Under the pieces are notes generated by a model, which saw only the letters and a list, made by a program, of their open reading frames with translations, made no database searches and was not told the origin of the DNA. A program made the position numbers and the translations under genes. Below, one piece after another: positions 9,405-18,609 of a stretch of DNA of 64,000 nucleotides; position 1 is the first letter of the stretch; each line of letters opens with the position of its first letter. Origin of the DNA: a virus. The stretch spans positions 2,320 to 66,319 of the IMG/VR virus record IMGVR_UViG_3300021170_000016, one strand, 5' to 3'.

Positions 9405-9744
9405 CGCGCTCTGGGTTCCACGCCGCATTCAGCGCAATCACGGCGATGAAGAGACCCTTGTGAAAGATGGGCACCTCGCCGAACACGCCCGCGGGAACCA
9501 ACTCCATGATGTCCTTGAGCCTGACGCCGGTGCTCGGGATGGAGACACCCATCCCTCCGGTCTCAAGGGTGATGACCTTGGGCTTCTCTGTGACGACGAC
9601 CGCGCCGAGACTCTCCAGCCCCGCCGTCAGCCGCGTCTCGATGCGTCGCACGCGATCGAGTATCTCGCCCACTGGGTTCATGATGACCTTGGTCGGTTGG
9701 ACGATGCGCTGATCGCGCTCGTGTCTCATCTCTGGATCGCTCAT
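9400..9744 (-). CDS. hypothetical protein
   Basis: GGAGG RBS; EILDRVRRIETRLT. Confidence 0.7.
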   Translation of the reverse strand: MSDPEMRHERDQRIVQPTKVIMNPVGEILDRVRRIETRLTAGLESLGAVVVTEKPKVITLETGGMGVSIPSTGVRLKDIMELVPAGVFGEVPIFHKGLFIAVIALNAAWNPERG

Positions 9745-9959
9745 TGTCGCCCTCCTGTTTTGACGCTACGCACTCTGAACTTATCGGGGTAGGTGCGTTC
9801 GTCACCCCGACCGTAGGCTTCCGAGTATCCAGTGCAGATACCATGGGAGCAGTAGAATGTGCCGTGAATGTTGTCCCTGGCTTCGCGCACGGCGGCGCGT
9901 CGACTGATCGGCTTGTTGAAGCTGATCGTGACCAGCACTTGGTGATGGAGCTTACGCAT
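9741..9959 (-). CDS. hypothetical protein
   Basis: GGAGG RBS, operon packing. Confidence 0.6.
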   Translation of the reverse strand: MRKLHHQVLVTISFNKPISRRAAVREARDNIHGTFYCSHGICTGYSEAYGRGDERTYPDKFRVRSVKTGGRQ

Positions 9960-10800
9960 CCTCCAGCTCCTCCTCGCGCGGCCCGAAGGCGTGCATGAAC
10001 CCCGTCATGGATTCAAGTATCTCGCTGGCCTCGCTCGCCACTGCCTTACGAGTGATGGCGTTGGTGCGGAGGTCCTTCGCCTCGTAAGGCGTGAGGCTCT
10101 TGGCGATGCGCTCGCCGAGCGCCTTCAGCTCCGGATCGTCCGTGAAGTTCAGCTCGGGCAGCATCTCGACGATGTCGCGCAAGTTGCTCACGGTCGTGTC
10201 GCGGAAGATTTTGTCAGGCGTCCCCATCGCCTCGGCGAAGTGCGTGAGAGGCTTCATCAACTTCTCATAGAGCCCGCCCACGGCCTTCGTGATACGCGAC
10301 TGCATCGCGTTGTCCTCTTCGAGGCGGAAGTCATAGGCGGTGCTGATGCCGTCGATGTCGAAGCGCACGTAGAACTTGTGGCGCAGTGCATCGGGCGATG
10401 GGTAGTCGTTCGGGTTGAACATCGTGCCCATGCGGAACTCCGCTTGGTCGCGCGCCGTGAGATACTTCCTGGTGAGGAACTCCTCGACCTCCACCATGGC
10501 CTCGTCGCGCAGCGCGGCGTGCTCGTTCATGAAGGGCTGGAAGCGCTTGCGCGTGATGAGCCGATCGCCGCTGTCCTTCCACGGCAGCGTGTTCTTATAG
10601 AAGTGCGTGCGCACCGCGCTGAACTTGCTCACCACCCCCTTGAGACTCTCCTTGGGGACGAGGTGCTTGTTCACGCGCGCCGCGTCGTCGTCGGCGTGGG
10701 CTCCCTGCGTCACTTCACGCGTCTTGGCCTTGTCGAGCCGGTGTCCCATCCACATCCCGATGGTGATGTTGATGGCCATGCAGTTGGTTTGAACACTCAT
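9952..10800 (-). CDS. DUF3150-like protein
   Basis: helical 282 aa with TLPW...NDYPSPDALRHKF...ELNFTDDPEL; usual companion of AAA/vWA genes. Confidence 0.55.
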   Translation of the reverse strand: MSVQTNCMAINITIGMWMGHRLDKAKTREVTQGAHADDDAARVNKHLVPKESLKGVVSKFSAVRTHFYKNTLPWKDSGDRLITRKRFQPFMNEHAALRDEAMVEVEEFLTRKYLTARDQAEFRMGTMFNPNDYPSPDALRHKFYVRFDIDGISTAYDFRLEEDNAMQSRITKAVGGLYEKLMKPLTHFAEAMGTPDKIFRDTTVSNLRDIVEMLPELNFTDDPELKALGERIAKSLTPYEAKDLRTNAITRKAVASEASEILESMTGFMHAFGPREEELEDA

Positions 10801-10823
10801 TTTGAACTACTCCTTCGTTGATT

Positions 10824-10842
10824 GAGTCAAGATCATTGACTC
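10824..10842. promoter_or_regulatory. 19-bp dyad element copy 2
   Basis: GAGTCAAGATCATTGACTC upstream of RBS of 10800 gene. Confidence 0.85.
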
Positions 10843-10845
10843 GGT

Positions 10846-11202
10846 TTACAGCCTCTGCACCACATACTCGTAGGCGTCGGGGCCGATCTTGCGGTGGATC
10901 ATCGCGAGGTGTCGCGAGCCCGCCTTGTGCTCGATGCTGCTGAACTCCTGCATGAGGTTCGTCGAGAGATCGCGAACGAACTCGAACAGCTCGATGACCG
11001 GCTTGACGCCGTCGTCGATCATGACGGTCCCGGCGAACGCCGTGCCGCGGGCATAGACCAGCTCCTTGGCCGCGCCGCTCGTCAGCCAGGACGACACCGC
11101 GTAGCTGTCGCAGACCAGCTCCAGCGTCGAGCTACCTTTCGTAAACGTGTTCTTCTTCGTCCTGGCGGTGATGTTCCGCAGCCGCGCGTCCTGGTTACCC
11201 AT
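10846..11202 (-). CDS. hypothetical protein
   Basis: operon-packed ORF. Confidence 0.7.
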   Translation of the reverse strand: MGNQDARLRNITARTKKNTFTKGSSTLELVCDSYAVSSWLTSGAAKELVYARGTAFAGTVMIDDGVKPVIELFEFVRDLSTNLMQEFSSIEHKAGSRHLAMIHRKIGPDAYEYVVQRL

Positions 11203-11668
11203 TATACTTCTCCGTCTGTTTCAGCGCTTTTACATACAGGTTCGCGAAGGCTTCAGAGCGCTTAGACTGACCCCTCGTTGTGCCGTAGAATCCCATGCAT
11301 ATCAGTCGGAACTGCTCCGCATTCGAACCCTGTCCAGACTTCATCACCGCCGCCATGATCGCGGCGTCCTTCGTCTCATACTTCTCGACCGGCCCGATCG
11401 CGACCCTCGCGCTGTCCATCACCGTCGCTGCGAAGCGATCGGTCACGAGATACTCACCATTGAACAGCACGATGTGCGAGCACTCGTCTGGCGCTGAGTG
11501 CCACACCTTGTCGAACGTCTTGGTCCCTGTGTCATAGGTGTGCTTGATGAACCCGTTTGGTCCAGTGAACGTCACTACGACATACCGAGCTTCTGTCAAG
11601 GCGTCGGCCTCCATCCCGAAGGAACCATTCCCCGCGGACATTGCTGGATGTTCACGTGCTGACCCCAT
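11195..11668 (-). CDS. hypothetical protein
   Basis: operon-packed ORF; KYETKDAAIMAAVM motif. Confidence 0.65.
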   Translation of the reverse strand: MGSAREHPAMSAGNGSFGMEADALTEARYVVVTFTGPNGFIKHTYDTGTKTFDKVWHSAPDECSHIVLFNGEYLVTDRFAATVMDSARVAIGPVEKYETKDAAIMAAVMKSGQGSNAEQFRLICMGFYGTTRGQSKRSEAFANLYVKALKQTEKYNG

Positions 11669-12041
11669 TGGACACCCCTGCTGCCCAACCCATGGTGCTT
11701 GGAGCAGGTTCCTCCTCAGGCGCGCGGCTGTCGATGAGAGCCATCGCCATCAACGCAGCCTGCTTCTTGCGGTTGCTGAACCGCTGCGTGACTGTCCACT
11801 CATATACCGGCCACTGGTCATTCGCGCGCGGCAGCCAGCGCACGATGTGGAACATGCGATGACGGAACACAAGCAGCGTCGTTGCTGTAACTTGTCGCGT
11901 CATGTTGTTGCAGAGGTTCTGGAGCGCGTGCGGCTTCCACAGTTTTACGGACTCCCACATGTGAACCTGTCCCTGAGTGCAGTAGGCGATCGGGATATAG
12001 GTCGGCTCGTTTTTCAGGTAGTTCCACTTCGATTTGCTCAT
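11652..12041 (-). CDS. hypothetical protein
   Basis: operon-packed ORF. Confidence 0.65.
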   Translation of the reverse strand: MSKSKWNYLKNEPTYIPIAYCTQGQVHMWESVKLWKPHALQNLCNNMTRQVTATTLLVFRHRMFHIVRWLPRANDQWPVYEWTVTQRFSNRKKQAALMAMALIDSRAPEEEPAPSTMGWAAGVSNGVST

Positions 12042-12406
12042 CGCTGTTGCTCCAGCATCTTCTTCGCGTGACCGAGCGCGGCATTGTAGTCGTCGAACAT
12101 CGGCAGCGTATCGCGCGTGAATGCTCCTGGCTGGAACACCACGAACGGAGTGCTCGCCTTCTGCATCTCCTGCTCGAACTTCGTCAGGCTCGGGTCAGGG
12201 TTGCGCTTGACGATGGCGATGCCTGCGCCCACGCGGCTGCACAACCAATCGAGCGTGACCGCATCGTCGCCGTTCTCGCCAGTGACGCGGTCATACTCTG
12301 ACACACGCCCATTCCTATGGACGAGCGCGAGCCAGTGATATGTTGCTACCTTGCGCATCATACCCTTCATCAGATACTTAATGGCGTCGGAGATGTGATC
12401 GTTCAT
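12038..12406 (-). CDS. hypothetical protein
   Basis: ATGA overlap with vWA gene. Confidence 0.65.
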   Translation of the reverse strand: MNDHISDAIKYLMKGMMRKVATYHWLALVHRNGRVSEYDRVTGENGDDAVTLDWLCSRVGAGIAIVKRNPDPSLTKFEQEMQKASTPFVVFQPGAFTRDTLPMFDDYNAALGHAKKMLEQQR

Positions 12407-13560
12407 ATGCGGATCGTCATCGCCCAGTCGGGCGCTTTGTGGTTCGTGTTGCTCAACACGATGAGAGGGAACGGCGTCGGGCTCTCGGGCCATGGCGTGT
12501 AGCAGTCCGTCACCAGCACGCACACGATGGGGTCGTAGCGCTCGATGAACTTGAGCGGCTTGCGCATGTCCGTCCCGCCCCCGCCTGTCGGATGCAGCAC
12601 CACCTCGTCATGCGGCTCGAAGACTTCTTCGAGATTACACTCATCATCGTCCGCCCAGATCACACGGATGCGATCGGGCTTGACCACCTCACGGATCGTC
12701 TCCAGCTCGTGCCCAGTCTGGGCGAAGATAGGCGAACCGGTCAGCGAGCCGGACGTGTCTCCGATCACGACAAGCTCGCCCATCTTCATCGATCGACGCG
12801 TGGGCAGGTAGACCTCGAAGCGCCGGTTGCGATGGTTCCAGCTCTCTTCGTCCTCTGCAAACTTGGTCGTGTAGTTGTAGAGCAGCTCCTGCCACGTCAG
12901 CGGCGGGTTCACGATGCCGTCGACAAGCTGGGCCAGCTCACCCTTCATCTGGCCGCACATGCGTGCCGCCGTGGCTGCCTGGATCACACGCTGGGTGATG
13001 CGCCGCTCGACGATCGCCCGCTCGTCGGGGTTCATGTTGGGCTCAAGCAGATCGCCCATCAGGTCTCCGCCTTTGCCGCCCTTCGCCTTGGTCTTCTGCT
13101 GCTTCTTCAGGATGGCCAGCAGCTCGGGGTAAATCTGCTCGGCCGACATGCCGGCGAAGTTGACGCGCTCGCCTTCGAACTCGTGGAGATACGCCTTATC
13201 CCATATCTCGAACTTCGCAGCGTGAAGCAGCAGGTTGATGGCGAAGTCGCACGCGATGTTCCACAGCTCGGCGTCTCGTCCGCCACGACGCAGCCCATGC
13301 TTGAGTGCGATGTGCATCACCTCATGGGCCAGGACGAACAGGCGCACGGCCTTGCTCAGCGACTCCATGAACTTCGGGTTGTAGAAGATGCGGCGCATAT
13401 CCGTCGCCGCTGTCGCCATGCCGCCATTCCTTGCAGCCATCACTGCGCACTCGGCCGCGGTCCACTCGACCATCGGCGTCTCAAGCAGCAGCGTCGCGAA
13501 GAACACATGCTTCAGTAGCATCTGCGACTTGACAAGACTCATTGCATCATGCGTTGCCAC
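12403..13560 (-). CDS. DUF2201-type HExxH metallopeptidase fused to a vWA domain
   Basis: TAATD, LAHEVMH, WNIACDFAIN; MIDAS DTSGS, GGGGTD, VTDCY. Confidence 0.88.
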   Translation of the reverse strand: MATHDAMSLVKSQMLLKHVFFATLLLETPMVEWTAAECAVMAARNGGMATAATDMRRIFYNPKFMESLSKAVRLFVLAHEVMHIALKHGLRRGGRDAELWNIACDFAINLLLHAAKFEIWDKAYLHEFEGERVNFAGMSAEQIYPELLAILKKQQKTKAKGGKGGDLMGDLLEPNMNPDERAIVERRITQRVIQAATAARMCGQMKGELAQLVDGIVNPPLTWQELLYNYTTKFAEDEESWNHRNRRFEVYLPTRRSMKMGELVVIGDTSGSLTGSPIFAQTGHELETIREVVKPDRIRVIWADDDECNLEEVFEPHDEVVLHPTGGGGTDMRKPLKFIERYDPIVCVLVTDCYTPWPESPTPFPLIVLSNTNHKAPDWAMTIRI

Positions 13561-13747
13561 GTTTCATCTCCTTCGTTAATTGTAGCTGACGAACTACCTC
13601 AGCTTCGGTGAGTGATAGTATATAGGCGATGCGCGATGTGTCCAGCCCAGCGCGCCACAGCGAGCGCACCCTGTCTGACTTTCGACGCACACCATGTGAA
13701 CGGCGCGGCGCGCGGCTGATGCGCATGTCCTGAGTAAGCCAGTGCAT
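13547..13747 (-). CDS. putative HTH protein
   Basis: LWRAGLDTSRIAYILSLTEAEVVRQL; GGAGG RBS. Confidence 0.55.
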   Translation of the reverse strand: MHWLTQDMRISRAPRRSHGVRRKSDRVRSLWRAGLDTSRIAYILSLTEAEVVRQLQLTKEMKRGNA

Positions 13748-13931
13748 GTTGTGCCTCCTTCATCCTGCGCTCGAACTTCCACTCGTGTGGACAGGTGCAT
13801 ATATCCGGACCACTGTAGTCCCAGTAGGAACAGTCGCGATGGTGCTCTTTCGCAACCTCTGGACTGAAGATCACTGTCCCCGCGGGATACATTTGCCGAG
13901 TCGCACACCATCTTGCGTTAGGCTTCATCAC
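13599..13931 (-). CDS. hypothetical protein (Cys/His cluster)
   Basis: HHRDC...CTC; overlaps next gene. Confidence 0.45.
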   Translation of the reverse strand: MMKPNARWCATRQMYPAGTVIFSPEVAKEHHRDCSYWDYSGPDICTCPHEWKFERRMKEAQHALAYSGHAHQPRAAPFTWCASKVRQGALAVARWAGHIAHRLYTITHRS

Positions 13932-14443
13932 GCCACAGCCTTTCGCATGCGCCGCTCGAACTCAGTGAATGGAAGTAGCTGGTCGGCTAGCTCGTCGCGC
14001 ATATCTTTGATGGCGTCCTCGTCGTCGCTCTCGACGCCCCATAAGGACGCACGCTCTGAGCGACCGCTCTCGGTTATATAGTTCACGACGACGCCGACGT
14101 ATCGCCACTTACTGTCACACCAACCTTGCAAGCGGTCGAAGTCCCACTGAACAGCCGCCTCGATGCATTGTTTCTGCGTCAGGCCGTGCTCCTTCGCCCA
14201 CTGTGCCCCTTCAGGATGACCCCAGCCTTCTCGCTTGGCCTTGGCCATCGTCTTCTGCCAGTCGTAGTAGTGGAAATGATTGCCGTCGCGATGCAGCACA
14301 CGTTCACCCGGTCGCTTGTTGCTACCATGACGCGAGCTGACGACGCCATATCCACTATCTTCCCACGGCGGTTCGCGGTCGTCGTCGACGATCTCCATCG
14401 TGAAGTCGAAGCCCTCGTATGTGAAGTGCTCAGTCATCATCAT
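13928..14443 (-). CDS. hypothetical protein
   Basis: WRYVGVVV...ASLWGVESD phage motif. Confidence 0.75.
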   Translation of the reverse strand: MMMTEHFTYEGFDFTMEIVDDDREPPWEDSGYGVVSSRHGSNKRPGERVLHRDGNHFHYYDWQKTMAKAKREGWGHPEGAQWAKEHGLTQKQCIEAAVQWDFDRLQGWCDSKWRYVGVVVNYITESGRSERASLWGVESDDEDAIKDMRDELADQLLPFTEFERRMRKAVA

Positions 14444-14786
14444 CCTCGTTGGTGATTAGTGCAGCGACGCCTTGAGTCAATGATCTTGACTCGGGTATCT
14501 CCATCAACGCGTTGACGCCGCGCTGGCGTAGCATGATGGCGATATGTCCGTTGCGGTCCTGGTGAACGCGCACCATCGCGCGCTCGACGAGCTTCGCCAC
14601 ACACGAACAGCTCTTGCCTTGGTTATCGGTGAACGAAAGCACGCGCGTAGTCGGACGCGGAGGTTTGATCCACTCCGCTCGCACGTGCCCCATTGAGACC
14701 TTCTGCAACGCGAGCGTCTCACCCGGCGAGAGCGGACGATCCGCGCCGAGACACTCGTCGCTCGGACACGTGCGATGGCTGCACAT
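14430..14786 (-). CDS. hypothetical protein
   Basis: fills gap downstream of ATPase. Confidence 0.55.
   Translation of the reverse strand: MCSHRTCPSDECLGADRPLSPGETLALQKVSMGHVRAEWIKPPRPTTRVLSFTDNQGKSCSCVAKLVERAMVRVHQDRNGHIAIMLRQRGVNALMEIPESRSLTQGVAALITNEDDDD
14474..14492. promoter_or_regulatory. 19-bp dyad element copy 3 (inside 3' end of a CDS)
   Basis: GAGTCAATGATCTTGACTC. Confidence 0.85.
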
Positions 14787-14788
14787 TC

Positions 14789-15856
14789 TCACTGCCAGAT
14801 CGCCTTGTTCTCCTTCGAGAACTTGATGAAGGCATTGGTCTGGTAGAGCGGGTCGCCGACGCGAGCCGTCGCGAGGTTCCACGCCATCACGCGGAACTCA
14901 GGGTTCATGCGCGACAGATACGTGTCGTAGGGGTCGGCCGTCTTCGGGTCCATCGAGCCGCTGATGGACAGCGCCATCGCATACTGCATGCCGGGCTCGT
15001 CCGGGCCGTAGACCTCAGCCTTGGTCGGCTCCTTGAGCACACGTGGCATGAGCTTCGTGACCTTCTCCCAGTGCTCGATGAAGCCATACAGCTGCATCTG
15101 GTTACCAGTGCCCACAGAGCCGGCGATAGCGGCTTCTTTGAGCCACGACGGCATTGTAGTGTCCGCCAGATACATGCCTGCCCTGACCCACGAGCGGCCC
15201 GTCGCGAAGCACTTCTCGGGCTTCTCTGGGTTGAACGTGTGAAGCAGCTGCTTCTGCCACGTGAGGAAGGCGATGACGAGCGCGGGCACGCCACGCTTCT
15301 GCGCATCCATCGACCAGTCCTTGATGTTGGGCTCGGTCTCGGCCCACGTGATGCGGTTGTCGAGCGGTGACGGCATACGGTTGCCGATGCCCTTGTCGCT
15401 GGCGCGGTTCATGGCGCAGCTGATCCGCACGTTGTCCATGAGCACATGCTCGCCGATGCGCCGCGCCTCCATCAGCTGGTAGCAGATCGCCAGCACCGAC
15501 TGGTTCGCGTGGTTCAGCTCATCCAAGAACAGGTTGATGATCGGCCCGTTCTCATCGAAGTTGGGGTTGCCCTTGAACGGCAGCGTCGACGCTGGATACC
15601 ACGTCGTGCTCTTGTAGCCGTCATGCGTATCGACGCCGGGGAAGCCCCGGAGATCGACGCTGTCATACTGACCCATGAGGAACGGCAGGAAGATCGCCCC
15701 CGACTCCTCGGTCGCCTGCTTGTTGCCCTCCGTCTTACCGCAGCCTGACGGGCCGACGAAGCCCACCACGTTGTTGAGACGAAAGCACACGTGCTTAATC
15801 ATCTCCTTCATCTGCTCGATGCTGATGGTGTGCATCGTGTTCACTGCTACCGACAT
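14789..15856 (-). CDS. MoxR/CbbQ-like AAA+ ATPase
   Basis: GPSGCGKT, DLRGFP, LFLDELNHA, AMNR, PLDNR. Confidence 0.88.
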   Translation of the reverse strand: MSVAVNTMHTISIEQMKEMIKHVCFRLNNVVGFVGPSGCGKTEGNKQATEESGAIFLPFLMGQYDSVDLRGFPGVDTHDGYKSTTWYPASTLPFKGNPNFDENGPIINLFLDELNHANQSVLAICYQLMEARRIGEHVLMDNVRISCAMNRASDKGIGNRMPSPLDNRITWAETEPNIKDWSMDAQKRGVPALVIAFLTWQKQLLHTFNPEKPEKCFATGRSWVRAGMYLADTTMPSWLKEAAIAGSVGTGNQMQLYGFIEHWEKVTKLMPRVLKEPTKAEVYGPDEPGMQYAMALSISGSMDPKTADPYDTYLSRMNPEFRVMAWNLATARVGDPLYQTNAFIKFSKENKAIWQ

Positions 15857-15878
15857 GCTACTTTCTCCTTCGTTGATT

Positions 15879-15897
15879 GAGTCAATGATCTTGACTC
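15879..15897. promoter_or_regulatory. 19-bp dyad element copy 4
   Basis: GAGTCAATGATCTTGACTC upstream of ATPase RBS. Confidence 0.85.
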
Positions 15898-15985
15898 GGT
15901 TGAGGACATGATTGGACCCTGGCGAGTCGACGCGACCAAACGTTCCCCACCAGGGTCCTTACCTACGCGTCATGCGCAGGTATCT

Positions 15986-16852
15986 CTATGCTGCCAGCGG
16001 CAGCTCTAATGTCAAGGGGCAGCGCCGGAACGGAAACTGTCCTTTGACGCGTTGTTCTTCGGGCAACTCGTTGATCAGGTCTTGCCGCGCGTCCTTGACT
16101 TTCTCCTCATACTTCTCCCAATCGACCGCAGCACTCCACGCTTGGTGCTCGCCATCGTCTTCATACATCGCGTAGAAGACACGCTCGTCGAACTCGCGGC
16201 TACTCTGCGCCGGCACCCAGTGAGTTGTATGCAGCCCCGCCGCACGCCGGCCACGTATCTCGAACTCTGTGAGACCGGGCAGGCTCTTCTCCGCCCTCAT
16301 CTTGAGTGCAGAGCTAAGCAGCCAGCCAAGCTCGCATGCGTCCCAATTCGTCAGCTCGACGCTCTTGGCTCGCGCCACCGGGTCGTTGTCGCCGTGTTTA
16401 TAGCCATAGCGCGCCTCCTCCTCATACAAGAGGGCGAACGTCGCGAAGCCATCGGCTTTGCGACACTTCGCGAGCAGCCGCTTGGCGACGCTCAGCTTGA
16501 CCTCGGCCATGTCGCCGCCCACGTGGCGCAGCCCGAGGTCAAACCCGAGGTCCTCACTGGCGAACTTGTCGAACGCGTCAGTGTGATACGAATGCATCGT
16601 CTCGACGAGCTTCGAGTTGTCCGTGCAGTCCCACAGCATACACAAGAGCGTGTCAGCGCTCAGCCTCAGCGCCTCGGGGTGGTTCATCTCGAACCGGAGA
16701 TCGTCCTCGTGATACTCAAAGTCGTCCGAGCCAGTGATATACTCGATGTGTGACGAAGCCTCGCTGTCGCCGCATTGCTCGTAGTTGAGCCCGTTACTAG
16801 GTAGTTCGATCGTCAGCCATGTTGCACGAGACTTGCGTTTGCATTTCGACAT
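15986..16852 (-). CDS. hypothetical protein
   Basis: AAGGAG RBS, 288 aa. Confidence 0.75.
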   Translation of the reverse strand: MSKCKRKSRATWLTIELPSNGLNYEQCGDSEASSHIEYITGSDDFEYHEDDLRFEMNHPEALRLSADTLLCMLWDCTDNSKLVETMHSYHTDAFDKFASEDLGFDLGLRHVGGDMAEVKLSVAKRLLAKCRKADGFATFALLYEEEARYGYKHGDNDPVARAKSVELTNWDACELGWLLSSALKMRAEKSLPGLTEFEIRGRRAAGLHTTHWVPAQSSREFDERVFYAMYEDDGEHQAWSAAVDWEKYEEKVKDARQDLINELPEEQRVKGQFPFRRCPLTLELPLAA

Positions 16853-17090
16853 TGTAGTCTCCTTTCATTTGATCAGCTATCTTCATGCGCCCCTCGAACT
16901 CTGTCTCAAGGCACGTCCACACACCATTTCCGCCAGCCGCCAATGATCGTCCGCCTCTCCTCCAGCGGCAATGGACGCAAGACCCGTAGGTCGGACCCCA
17001 GTGGTTCGTCAGCTGCGTCTCACGCACACCACAGTCGTGTTCGTAAAGCTTATGCGTCATCGGCGTGTAGAGTATCTGAGTCAAGATCAT
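16797..17090 (-). CDS. hypothetical protein (CxxC)
   Basis: ORF; start uncertain. Confidence 0.5.
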   Translation of the reverse strand: MILTQILYTPMTHKLYEHDCGVRETQLTNHWGPTYGSCVHCRWRRGGRSLAAGGNGVWTCLETEFEGRMKIADQMKGDYNVEMQTQVSCNMADDRTT

Positions 17091-17096
17091 TGACTC
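17078..17096. promoter_or_regulatory. 19-bp dyad element copy 5 (supplies a TGA/ATG gene junction)
   Basis: GAGTCAAGATCATTGACTC. Confidence 0.85.
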
Positions 17097-17449
17097 ACTG
17101 TCGGCTTACGACGCGCACGCCGCAGCTTCTGCACCCACTTCTCCACGTCGTAGTCAGTCGCGCCGTCCACGCCAGGATGTGCCACCCGATACATGGCGTG
17201 ATGGAAGCGCGACGCGTCGCCGTGGTCGCCGAACATGGGCGCGTTGACGCTGATACTCTGCGCCTCGAACTCGGCACACATGGTGCGCACCTGCTGCGGC
17301 AGCTCGAACAGCTCGGCCTCCGCATCGCACGTGCCATCCATCACACGGATCGACGCCTTGGTGAGATAGGCGTCGAGCTTCTTGACGGCGAGCATCATCT
17401 TCAGGATCGGATAGACCGATCGCACCTTGCGCTCCTTGTCGTCCATCAC
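17087..17449 (-). CDS. hypothetical protein
   Basis: GGAGG RBS, operon packing. Confidence 0.7.
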   Translation of the reverse strand: MMDDKERKVRSVYPILKMMLAVKKLDAYLTKASIRVMDGTCDAEAELFELPQQVRTMCAEFEAQSISVNAPMFGDHGDASRFHHAMYRVAHPGVDGATDYDVEKWVQKLRRARRKPTVSQ

Positions 17450-17673
17450 TTGCCCTCCGTGAACGCCTTGACCGCGGCGTGGTCCTGCATTGTCGCCAAA
17501 GGCGGGCGATCCCTCCGACGCACTTCAACAACAAACAGCTTGCTCTTGAAGTTCGGGTTGTCTATGCGGAATAACGTGACGAACTCCGCAATCAGTTCGT
17601 CTTCCACAGTTGGAACAGACGCGAGCACACCAGCTATAGCCGCATAGTGGCGTGCATTAAACATAGCCATCAC
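17446..17673 (-). CDS. hypothetical protein
   Basis: HYAAIAGVL...DNPNFKSKLF phage motif. Confidence 0.7.
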   Translation of the reverse strand: MMAMFNARHYAAIAGVLASVPTVEDELIAEFVTLFRIDNPNFKSKLFVVEVRRRDRPPLATMQDHAAVKAFTEGK

Positions 17674-17897
17674 ACATCTCCCAGTTCATCGAGCGGATCG
17701 TGGTTCCAATCCGCAATTCGCTCTTCGTTGTCACGCATCTGACGCTGCGCTCGCGCATCGATAGCCCTCACGACCTTGGGCCACGGAGTGGTAGCATCGA
17801 CGCGCTCCATGTCGCGCGCCGCCTGCGCCTGCTGCTCCTTCACCTGACGCTTGCGCGAGCGCTCGCCCGCTGCGTCGAGCCACATTGATCTACCCAT
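17670..17897 (-). CDS. hypothetical protein
   Basis: GGAGG RBS. Confidence 0.65.
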   Translation of the reverse strand: MGRSMWLDAAGERSRKRQVKEQQAQAARDMERVDATTPWPKVVRAIDARAQRQMRDNEERIADWNHDPLDELGDV

Positions 17898-17935
17898 TGC
17901 AGATGTCCTCCTTCACGCCACTGATCGTCGCTACC

Positions 17936-18238
17936 TTAGCCGCGGCCTCGCGCATCTCCGCCTCGAAGCGCTGAGGGATCGGCACGTTGCGCAACGCGCA
18001 TCGCGATCACTTCGCCGTTGAGCCGCGCGATGTCAGCAACCAGCTCGCTACGCGGCGCGCATCCTCGCCGAAACGCCCCGTCATAGAACGACTCGTGAAT
18101 GGACTTAGGCTCGCCCCAGCTCGCGAGCGCCTCGTCAAGGGCTGTGTTGCCCCGCAAGCGGTGTTGGTGATAGCCCTCCTCGCGCGCCAAGATGCGCCAC
18201 ACAGGCTCGCCTGGGAACCGCTTCCAGAAGGGCTTCAT
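17936..18238 (-). CDS. hypothetical protein
   Basis: GGAGG RBS, ATGA overlap. Confidence 0.65.
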   Translation of the reverse strand: MKPFWKRFPGEPVWRILAREEGYHQHRLRGNTALDEALASWGEPKSIHESFYDGAFRRGCAPRSELVADIARLNGEVIAMRVAQRADPSALRGGDARGRG

Positions 18239-18447
18239 GATAGCCTCCGTGTGCCGAACTCGCGGATGACGACGCCATAGAACGAGCGAACCGCGTCGCC
18301 CAGCTGCTGGCCTTCGGCGCGATGGGCGCGAGCCGCTTCGAGCCTGTCTTCGAGCGTCTCGAACTCGCTCTGCGATGGCGGCGTAGGCGGGATCACCTTG
18401 CGCGTGCCGAAGTGTGTGAGATAGGGACGACGTTCACATGTCAACAT
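18235..18447 (-). CDS. hypothetical protein
   Basis: GGAGG RBS before ATG 18447. Confidence 0.6.
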   Translation of the reverse strand: MLTCERRPYLTHFGTRKVIPPTPPSQSEFETLEDRLEAARAHRAEGQQLGDAVRSFYGVVIREFGTRRLS

Positions 18448-18485
18448 GTTGGCCTCCGTGATTGTGGTGGAGCGATCGGCTGGCT

Positions 18486-18504
18486 GAGTCAATGATCTTG
18501 ACTC
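18486..18504. promoter_or_regulatory. 19-bp dyad element copy 6, extended by GGCTGGC/GCCAGCC arms
   Basis: GAGTCAATGATCTTGACTC. Confidence 0.85.
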
Positions 18505-18580
18505 GCCAGCCTAGCCTCGTTTCCGAGGCGCGTTCATGATCGCCTCCTGTTGTTTGCAACAATACGCATTCAACAACCAG

Positions 18581-18609
18581 ATAGTAGCATACAATTAACT
18601 ATATGTCAA
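18581..18609 (-). promoter_or_regulatory. sigma70 promoter
   Basis: TTGACA-17 bp-TACTAT. Confidence 0.75.
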
